Assembly (NCBI GenBank): GCA_965224025.1
Contig: OZ245033.1
Coordinates: 288,001 to 352,000, forward strand
Origin: Candidatus Multivorans sp.
Lineage (GTDB): Bacteria; Acidobacteriota; Thermoanaerobaculia; Multivoradales; Multivoraceae
Reading direction: 5' to 3'
Length of the DNA stretch: 64,000 bases
Below are positions 57,006 to 64,000 of this stretch, in pieces; positions within the stretch are counted from its first letter, which is position 1; the number at the start of each line of letters is the position of its first letter. Below the pieces are notes generated by a model that saw only the letters and a program-made list of their open reading frames with translations, did not search any database and was not told the DNA's origin. The translations under genes and the position numbers were made by a program.

Positions 57006-58517
57006 CTAGCCGACGCGGTAGCTGCCCCCGCGCATCATGGCTTCCAGCTCGCGGCAACGGCGTGGATGATCGGCGCTCAGATCGACCTCCTCCCGGGGAT
57101 CATCCTGGAGATCGTAGAGGCGCCGGTCCGCGCCCTCGAAGCCCGTGATCAGCTTGTAGCGGCCGTCGTAGACCATCCTCCAGTCGTAGAGGCCTGACAG
57201 CACGTATTCGCGATGCCGGTCAATCTCCCCGGCAAGCAGCCCACGCAGCGAGATACCGTCCATGTCCTCGGGACCGCCGACGCCGCCGAGGTCGAGAAAC
57301 GTGGCCGTGAGATCGATCAGGCTGACCATGGCGCGGGTTCGCCGGCCCGGCGCCACCCCGGGTCCGGCGATCACCAGGGGTACCGCCGCCGAAGCCTCGA
57401 AGGGCACCGTCTTGCCCCAGCGCGAGCGGTCGCCCAGCATCTCGCCGTGATCGCTCGAGTAGACGACGATGGTGTTCTCGAGCTCGCCGCGTTCCTCCAG
57501 GCGCTCGACGAAGAAGCCGATCCAGCGGTCGATGTTCTCGATCATCGCGGCGTAGTTCTGGCGAATGCGGATGTGATGGTCCGCGTCCCAAGGGCCGTCG
57601 TAGTCGTGCGGCTGCGGGAAGTCGTCGATCACGCGATCCGGCCCCCTGTAGAGGCGCTCCATCCGCGTCGTGATGTCCATCGGCGGGTGGGGGCCGGCGA
57701 AGTTGACGGCCATGAACCAAGGCTCGCCGGCCGGAACGGCGTCGAGCAGCGACATGCCGTTGCGACCGATCCAGTTGTCGCAGTAGTCGGCGTCGGCGAG
57801 CGGTGAGACGCGGGTCTTCCCCCACTGCTCGACCGTCTCAGGGCTCCGCCGCTCGAGCATGTCCTCGGCGCAAATCTTCCCCTGACCCGGGTCGAGCGCG
57901 TCGAGATAGGCATAGTACGGGTCCTTCGCTCCCCGCGGCTGCGCGCTGTAGATCATCGCACCGGCGCCCTTGCCGGCGTTGTTGATCGCGTCGCTGAAGC
58001 CCCACTGTTCCGCGAAGCGACGCCCGTCGAGGCCCAGCCCAAGCGGCTCTCCGGCTCGGTCGCTCCGCCCGCTCTGCTCGATGACCTGGAACAACGCGCC
58101 CGAAGCCAAGTCCAGCTTGCCGCAGCCGAGCACGTGGTAGCCGCCGTCACGGAGCCGGCGGTAGAACGTCGTCCGGTCCAGGGGCAGGCTCTGTCTGTTC
58201 GTCGGCACACCGCAATCGTCGTACTCGCGTCCGAACGCCAGGCAGGCGCGCGAAGGCCCGCACACCGGGGCCGCGCAGTAGGTCCGCTCCAACGTCAGCC
58301 CCCGTGCCGCCAGCGCCTCGAGATGGGGCATCGGCACGGGGACAGCCGGGTTCCCGGGCATCCAGTCCCAACGATGCTGGTCGGGGAACAGGAGCAGGAT
58401 GTTGGGCCGCGAAGGCGGCTCGGCCGCCGGCTCCTGCGGACCGCACCCGTAGGCCGCTGACAGCACTCCGGTCGCCAGGGAACCCGTGAGGAACTCGCGT
58501 CGCGTCGGTCGGGACAT
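57006..58517 (-). CDS. Tat-exported S1 sulfatase (choline-sulfatase-like), probable lipoprotein
   Basis: TRREFL, AYGC, PNILLLFPDQHR, CGPSRA, GPHPP, SSDHGEMLG. Confidence 0.9.
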   Translation of the reverse strand: MSRPTRREFLTGSLATGVLSAAYGCGPQEPAAEPPSRPNILLLFPDQHRWDWMPGNPAVPVPMPHLEALAARGLTLERTYCAAPVCGPSRACLAFGREYDDCGVPTNRQSLPLDRTTFYRRLRDGGYHVLGCGKLDLASGALFQVIEQSGRSDRAGEPLGLGLDGRRFAEQWGFSDAINNAGKGAGAMIYSAQPRGAKDPYYAYLDALDPGQGKICAEDMLERRSPETVEQWGKTRVSPLADADYCDNWIGRNGMSLLDAVPAGEPWFMAVNFAGPHPPMDITTRMERLYRGPDRVIDDFPQPHDYDGPWDADHHIRIRQNYAAMIENIDRWIGFFVERLEERGELENTIVVYSSDHGEMLGDRSRWGKTVPFEASAAVPLVIAGPGVAPGRRTRAMVSLIDLTATFLDLGGVGGPEDMDGISLRGLLAGEIDRHREYVLSGLYDWRMVYDGRYKLITGFEGADRRLYDLQDDPREEVDLSADHPRRCRELEAMMRGGSYRVG

Positions 58518-58660
58518 CTCCTATCCCCCTTCAGTCTCCTAGCGCCCCGAAACGCCTCGCAAGCTCGGAGTTTCGGCCCGTCCCGTCCTCACCATGACCT
58601 TGCGCCCCAGAACTCGCTTCGCTGCGTTCTGCGGCGCAAGCTCCTAGACTATGCCCACTT

Positions 58661-61321
58661 ATGAACCAACGCCGAAGTCTCCGGGGCTCGGCCTTCCTGC
58701 AGGCCGGGTTGGTCGCCGTCCTCTTGCTGGGCTGTGAGGCCGCCCCCACGGTCGGCGGCGACTACCTCTCGCCCGACCTCCGCGCAAAGGTGGAACAACT
58801 GAAGGTCGACCGCGCGGCGGCGCCAACCAGTCCTGCCAACGTCTACGAACGCGTAGACATCCTCTGGGAATGGGCGAACGCGTACGCCCTGACCGGAGGT
58901 CCTCTGCCGGTGAACTTCGCTCTCGATACCGCGATCATGCGCTGGGCGGAGGCCGACGGCTCGCCTCCGGACGAGCGCCTGGTCACCGATGTCGAACTGA
59001 ACACCGTCGAGGACTACGTTCCCTACATCGATCGCTACCTCGAAGAGCTGCAGATCAAGGACGAGGATCCGGGCGCCCTGGGCAGCCTCCGCGTCGTGCC
59101 CGACGAACCGCTGACCGCGGGAACGAAGGCGACCGTCGAGCTCGTCTACGAAGTCGGCAACATGCCGATGCACGTCGGCGGCGGCGTGCTGGCCGGACGC
59201 CAGTGGCTGGCGGATGTCAACGACTTCCAGAACCAGGATCCGGCCGCTCCGAACTACCTCACCGCCCGAACGTCGAGGCCCGACGCCCGGCTCGAAGCGG
59301 TCATGGTTCCCCTCGTGGGGCCGCATGGTTCGCAGCGCTTCCCCAAGCCGACGCCGGCCTTCCGCCTTGTCGGCGCCCCCCTCGAACCCGGCGACACGAT
59401 TACCGTTACCTACGGCGATCAATCCGGCGGCTCGGAAGGAATCGGAGTCCAGGCCTTCGAAACCGACGCTCTGCTCCTCCCGCTCTACATCGATCCTCAG
59501 GGCAACGGGAACTGGCTGACACCGGAGTGGCCGCGCCTGACCGTGATCGGAGGCGCCGTGGCGGGGGCGAGAGTGCTGGCGCCGTCGGTGGTGGCGGCCG
59601 GAGAGTCCTTCGACCTTACCGTCCGCAGCGAGGACGGCGCCTTCAACCGCGCCAGCGGGGCATTGCCGGGATACGAGATCCTCCTGAACGGCGAAGTAGT
59701 GGCAACGGTCGCGGAGCCCGAAGGCGCCGTCGCCATCGCCGGCGGGCTGACGATTCAAGAGCCGGGAACGTACCGCCTCGTCGCACGTTCGAGCGACGGC
59801 GCGCTCGAGGCCACGAGCAACCCGGTGTGGGTCGAGAACGAGCCCCAGCGCAGGATCCTGTGGGGGGAGACCCACGGCCACACAGGCTTCGCCGAGGGCC
59901 AGGGATCGCTTGAGGGGTACTTCCGCTACGGCGTCGAGGACGCGCGTCTCGACTTCCTGACCCTCTCGGAGCATGACTTCTGGCTCGACGACTACGAGTG
60001 GCAACAGTTGCGGGAGATCAGCCGCCGCACCACGGAGGCCGGCCGGGCGGTCGCCTTCCTGGGCTACGAATGGACCCCGACCCGAAAACGCGGCGGCCAT
60101 CACAACGTGCTCTTCCGCAGCCCCGACCGGGAGCGGGTACCGGTCCAGGAAGCGCATCGCCTGCCGCTGCTGTGGGAGGGGCTTCGCGCCGCCAACGCAC
60201 CGGCCGACGTCCTGGTCATCCCGCACGCGCACTCCGCGGGAGACTGGACGCAGAGTGACGGCGAGCTGGAGCGCGTCGTCGAGATCCACAGCGAGCACGG
60301 CACCTTCGAGTGGTACGGCAACATGTTCCTGCGCAATGGTTTCGAGGTCGGCTTCCTGGCGGCCTCGGACGACCATCGCGCCAAGCCCGGCGCTCCCCAG
60401 GGACACTTCCAGGCCTCGCTGATCGGAGTTCCGGGACTGGCCGCCGTGCGCGCCGCCGAGAAGACCGCCGACGCCATCTTCGACGCCCTCCGCGAGCGCT
60501 CGGTCTACGCCGTCTCCGGACCGCGCATCCTTCTCGACGCCGAGTTGAACGGCTATCCGATGGGGGTCCGCCAGCCGCAGGCCGAACAGCGCCGCATCGT
60601 GGCCCGGGTATCCGGCACCTCCCCCATCGACCGCATGGAGGTGATCAAGAACGGCGAAGTCGCCTTCAGCCGCAGCTACCTGTCGGCGCCGCTTGGCGAC
60701 CGGTCCTGGCTGCAACTCGGCTTCGAGTCCTCCTCGGAGGTCTTCACGCTGGACGCGGTCGACAACCCACGCCCTTACCGCGTCTGGCGCGGGGAGCTGC
60801 GGGTGCGGGGCGCGCGGGTCCTGGGCGTCGTTCCTGTCGGCCTCGACAACCGGGTACTCGACTGGATCGAGACCGAAGACGCCGGCGTGTTTCGCTTCGA
60901 CATTCGTACCCGCGGCCGCGGCGACACCGTTCTGTTGGACGTCGCCGGCGCCACGGCGTCGACCACACTTGAGATCGAACTCGAGCCGAGCCGCGAGTAC
61001 GGCATCGGCCAGGGGCACGAACGTCCGGCGATGGACATTCCCGGCGCCCGCGTCGAACTCCGTCTGGACGCGCTTCGAAACAACCGGCTCGAGCACGAGG
61101 TTCCGTTCGGCGAGCACGTCGATCGCCTGACCCTGCACGTCGTTGTGCCCGACGCCCCGCTCGACCGCGAGTTCGAATACCTGGACATGGGGCCGGCAGC
61201 GCCCGGCGACTACTACTACGTCCGCGTCACCCAGCTCGACGGCGGTCAGGCCTGGTCGAGCCCGTTCTGGGTAAGCACGAGAACCGCCGCCTCGCAGTCC
61301 GCCGCCGGAGACGATCCGTGA
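58661..61321 (+). CDS. DUF3604/PHP-like metallohydrolase lipoprotein
   Basis: Lipobox LLGC; WGETHGHT, LSEHD, GYEWT, GGHHNV, IPHAH, ASDDH, YYYVRVTQ..AWSSPFW. Confidence 0.85.
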   Translation: MNQRRSLRGSAFLQAGLVAVLLLGCEAAPTVGGDYLSPDLRAKVEQLKVDRAAAPTSPANVYERVDILWEWANAYALTGGPLPVNFALDTAIMRWAEADGSPPDERLVTDVELNTVEDYVPYIDRYLEELQIKDEDPGALGSLRVVPDEPLTAGTKATVELVYEVGNMPMHVGGGVLAGRQWLADVNDFQNQDPAAPNYLTARTSRPDARLEAVMVPLVGPHGSQRFPKPTPAFRLVGAPLEPGDTITVTYGDQSGGSEGIGVQAFETDALLLPLYIDPQGNGNWLTPEWPRLTVIGGAVAGARVLAPSVVAAGESFDLTVRSEDGAFNRASGALPGYEILLNGEVVATVAEPEGAVAIAGGLTIQEPGTYRLVARSSDGALEATSNPVWVENEPQRRILWGETHGHTGFAEGQGSLEGYFRYGVEDARLDFLTLSEHDFWLDDYEWQQLREISRRTTEAGRAVAFLGYEWTPTRKRGGHHNVLFRSPDRERVPVQEAHRLPLLWEGLRAANAPADVLVIPHAHSAGDWTQSDGELERVVEIHSEHGTFEWYGNMFLRNGFEVGFLAASDDHRAKPGAPQGHFQASLIGVPGLAAVRAAEKTADAIFDALRERSVYAVSGPRILLDAELNGYPMGVRQPQAEQRRIVARVSGTSPIDRMEVIKNGEVAFSRSYLSAPLGDRSWLQLGFESSSEVFTLDAVDNPRPYRVWRGELRVRGARVLGVVPVGLDNRVLDWIETEDAGVFRFDIRTRGRGDTVLLDVAGATASTTLEIELEPSREYGIGQGHERPAMDIPGARVELRLDALRNNRLEHEVPFGEHVDRLTLHVVVPDAPLDREFEYLDMGPAAPGDYYYVRVTQLDGGQAWSSPFWVSTRTAASQSAAGDDP

Positions 61322-61806
61322 GGACGATCCGCTTCGACGACATCGACGCCCTACGCGGCGAGATCAGCGAGGAGTTCGGCCCCTGGAGCGAGCCCCTGGA
61401 AGTGAAGCAGGCGATGATCGACGCGTTCGCCGACCTCTCCGGGGATCACAACTGGATCCACGTCGATGTCGAGCGGGCTCGGCGCGAGAGTCCCTTCGGT
61501 CGACCGATCGCCCACGGCATGCTCACCCTGAGCCTGTTCGCCAACCTCCCGGACGGCGCCGACTTCCGGCTCACCGGATTCGGCAATTCGACGAACTACG
61601 GCATCGACCGGGTTCGTTTCCTCGCCCCGGTGCCGGCCGGCGCCCGCCTGCAGGCCAGCGTCCGGTTGGTCGACGTTCAGCAGAAGAGCCGCGGAACCCT
61701 GCTGGCGCGAGAGGTGCGTGTACGCCTGACCGGAGAGGACCGCCTCGTCTTCCTCGCCCGGCCCCTGGTTCTCTTCATGCCACCGGCCGCGGGAGGCACG
61801 AGCTAG
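61318..61806 (+). CDS. MaoC-family dehydratase (NodN-like)
   Basis: FADLSGDHNWIHVD..SPFGRPIAHGMLTLS..NYGIDRVRFLAPV. Confidence 0.9.
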   Translation: MRTIRFDDIDALRGEISEEFGPWSEPLEVKQAMIDAFADLSGDHNWIHVDVERARRESPFGRPIAHGMLTLSLFANLPDGADFRLTGFGNSTNYGIDRVRFLAPVPAGARLQASVRLVDVQQKSRGTLLAREVRVRLTGEDRLVFLARPLVLFMPPAAGGTS

Positions 61807-61889
61807 AGCCGCCAAACTCGTCGCAGACTCCGTGTTCGACCCCAGCCCCCACGTCACTATGACGCTGCAAACTCCTGGAAAGGAAGACA

Positions 61890-63488
61890 ATGCACGAGAG
61901 CGAGAACAGCTCCGACGCGAACCGTTCGACTCCGGCCGGGGGGCGGGCGTTCAGCGGCTACTCCTGGTACGTCCTCGCCATTCTCATCCTCTGCTATCTC
62001 TTCAACTACGTCGACCGCAACATCCTCTCGATCCTCGCCGAGGAAGTGAAGCGTGACCTCGGCCTCGACGACGCCCAGATCGGCTTTCTCTACGGCACCG
62101 CGTTCGCGGTGTTCTACGCCGTCTTCGGCATACCTTTCGGACGTCTGGCCGATGCCTGGATCCGCAAGAACCTGATCGCCATCGGGCTCTTCTTCTGGAG
62201 CCTGATGACCGCCCTCACCGGCACCGCCAGGACCTTCGGGATGCTTGGCGCCTACCGCGTCGGAGTCGGCGTCGGAGAAGCCAGCCTCAGTCCGTCGGCG
62301 TACTCGTTGATCGTCGACTACTTCCCCCAGAGGCTGCGAGCCACGGCCCTGGCTCTCTACTCCAGCGGCATCTACCTCGGCGCCGCCGTCGGTTTCGCCC
62401 TCGGCGGCTGGATCGTCGACTTCTGGAATGCAAGGTATCCCGACGGGTCGAGTCCACTCGGCCTGGCCGCCTGGCAGGCTGCCTTCCTCGCCGTCGGCGT
62501 CCCGGGGCTGCTCATGGCCGTCTGGGTGTGGACCCTGCGGGAGCCCGCCAAGGGCCAGCAGGAGGGAGTGACGGTCGAGCCCACGGGCCGTCCCGAGCCG
62601 CTCAAGGAGTTCGGAGCGGTCATACCGCCCTTCACGGTCCTGAGCCTGTGGCGCTCGGGATGCGATCGGAATGGGTTGCTGCTCCACGCCGGCTGCACCG
62701 CCGCGCTCGCCCTCCTGGCGTGGGCGATGGTCGCCTCGGTCGGCGAGCCGGCCCAGTGGATCGCCCTGGCGATCGGCATCTACGCCGCCTTCTCCTGGGG
62801 CCAGGGGCTGGCCTATCGCGACCCCGACACCTTCGGTTCCATCCTCGGCAGCCGCGCCTTCATGTACACCTGTGTGGGTTTCGCCAGCCTGTCCTTCGTC
62901 ACCAACGGTCTCGCCTTCTGGACGGCGCCGCTCCTGATCCGCAGCTTCGACGCCAGCCCGACCCGGGTGGGGGCGCTGATGGGGGTAGGAGTCGCGGTCG
63001 GCGGCTGGATCGGCGTCACGGCCGGCGGCCTCATCTCCGATCGCCTCAAGCAGAGGACGCCGAACGGCCGGGTCATCCTCGGCCTGGCGACGGTCGTCCT
63101 GTCCGTGCCCGCGATGGTCCTGATGCTCACCGCCACGAGCCTCACGGCGGCCTTCGTCTACTTCCTCTTCACCGTTGCCCTGGTGTCTCTGTGGATCGGT
63201 CCAGGAGCGGCCGCGGCCAACGAACTGGTGCCGCCGCGAATGCGCTCGACGGCATCCGCGGTCTACCTGCTGCTCAACACCCTGATCGGTTTCGCCCTCG
63301 GGCCGTTCGCGGTCGGCAAGATCAGCGATGTCCTGGCCGCTGCCGGCCAGTCGCCGGCCGACTCGCTGCGCTACGCGATGATGCTCAGCATGCTGTTCTG
63401 GGCGGTTTCGGCGGCGTTCCTGTGGCGCGCCCGCGCCTACGTCGGGCCGGCCGAGGCTGCGCTCGCGTCTACCGACGCCGGGTCATAG
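61890..63488 (+). CDS. MFS transporter (spinster-like)
   Basis: NYVDRNILSIL, GRLADAWIRKN, GVGEA..SLIVDYFP..RATAL. Confidence 0.9.
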   Translation: MHESENSSDANRSTPAGGRAFSGYSWYVLAILILCYLFNYVDRNILSILAEEVKRDLGLDDAQIGFLYGTAFAVFYAVFGIPFGRLADAWIRKNLIAIGLFFWSLMTALTGTARTFGMLGAYRVGVGVGEASLSPSAYSLIVDYFPQRLRATALALYSSGIYLGAAVGFALGGWIVDFWNARYPDGSSPLGLAAWQAAFLAVGVPGLLMAVWVWTLREPAKGQQEGVTVEPTGRPEPLKEFGAVIPPFTVLSLWRSGCDRNGLLLHAGCTAALALLAWAMVASVGEPAQWIALAIGIYAAFSWGQGLAYRDPDTFGSILGSRAFMYTCVGFASLSFVTNGLAFWTAPLLIRSFDASPTRVGALMGVGVAVGGWIGVTAGGLISDRLKQRTPNGRVILGLATVVLSVPAMVLMLTATSLTAAFVYFLFTVALVSLWIGPGAAAANELVPPRMRSTASAVYLLLNTLIGFALGPFAVGKISDVLAAAGQSPADSLRYAMMLSMLFWAVSAAFLWRARAYVGPAEAALASTDAGS

Positions 63489-64000
63489 TCTCAACCAGAT
63501 CCGTCTTGAGGATCTTGCCCGACGCGTTGAGCGGGAACTCGTCGACGAAGCGCCACACCCTTGGCGCCTTGTAGGCCGCCACGCGCTCCCGCACGTACAG
63601 GGAGAGTTCCTCCTCACTGGGCCTTTTCTCTCTGGCAGGTCGAATGACCGCCGCCACCTGCTCGCCCCACTCCGGATCGGGAACGCCGATGACCGCCACT
63701 TCCGCGACATCCGCCCGTTCCAGAAGCAGGTCCTCGATCTCCTTGGGGTAGATGTTCTCTCCGCCGCGGATGATCATCTCCTTGAGCCGGCCATGAATCC
63801 GGCAGTAGCCGCGCTCGTCCATCGATCCGACGTCGCCGGTGTGGAGCCACCCGTCCTCGTCGATCGCCGCCGCCGTCGCTTCCGGCATCTCGAAGTAGCC
63901 GTGCATGACCAGGTAGCCGCGGGCGCGGATCTCGCCGGCCTCGCCGATGGGCAGGACGTCCCCCGTTTCGCGGTCCGCGATCTTGACTTCGGTCTGGGGC
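63469..64000 (-). CDS. AMP-binding acyl-CoA synthetase, C-terminal part (5' end outside window)
   Basis: GWLHTGD, GRLKEMIIRGGENIYPKEIE, PLNASGKILK. Confidence 0.88.
   Translation of the reverse strand, partial: PQTEVKIADRETGDVLPIGEAGEIRARGYLVMHGYFEMPEATAAAIDEDGWLHTGDVGSMDERGYCRIHGRLKEMIIRGGENIYPKEIEDLLLERADVAEVAVIGVPDPEWGEQVAAVIRPAREKRPSEEELSLYVRERVAAYKAPRVWRFVDEFPLNASGKILKTDLVETMTRRR

Noticed and set aside
1-64000. rRNA, tRNA, prophage or integrase genes
   Set aside because: No recognisable signatures found by eye; tRNAscan and Rfam searches were not run

Overview
High-GC bacterial window. The gene content (Oar-type TonB-dependent receptor, DUF5916, several DUF3604/PHP hydrolases, sulfatases, FG-GAP proteins) suggests Acidobacteriota, possibly host-associated; this is inference. 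The main signal is two diverged 1712-bp IS110-family elements (1034-2745 and 8889-10600), each inserted at the CC core of a REP-like palindrome (GCCGGCCAGAAGGCCGGCGCA-CC-CAGTG). Each 400-bp non-coding left end contains a readable bridge RNA. Its target loop (CCGGCGCAC / CTGGG) matches the REP and its donor loop (GTGGAGAGTC / GTACAGG) matches the element's own circle junction, which also forms a TTGCTA-N17-TACCTT promoter. The two copies differ at one target-guide base, and an extra ~97-nt structured domain lies upstream of the bridge RNA. The second notable locus is an operon of a PHP metallohydrolase, a His-rich Ni/Co-type permease, a P1B-ATPase fused to an SPFH/HflK domain, a His-rich micropeptide, HflC, HflK and a small membrane protein. 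Also present: a RES/Xre toxin-antitoxin pair, an AAA-DUF4143 ATPase, a sulfotransferase/SDR cluster interrupted by a DUF924-RsbW fusion, a frameshifted PhoD-like gene, three FG-GAP paralogs with twin palindromic operators beside a TetR, and an acyl-CoA/sulfatase catabolic region. No rRNA, tRNA or CRISPR array was seen.
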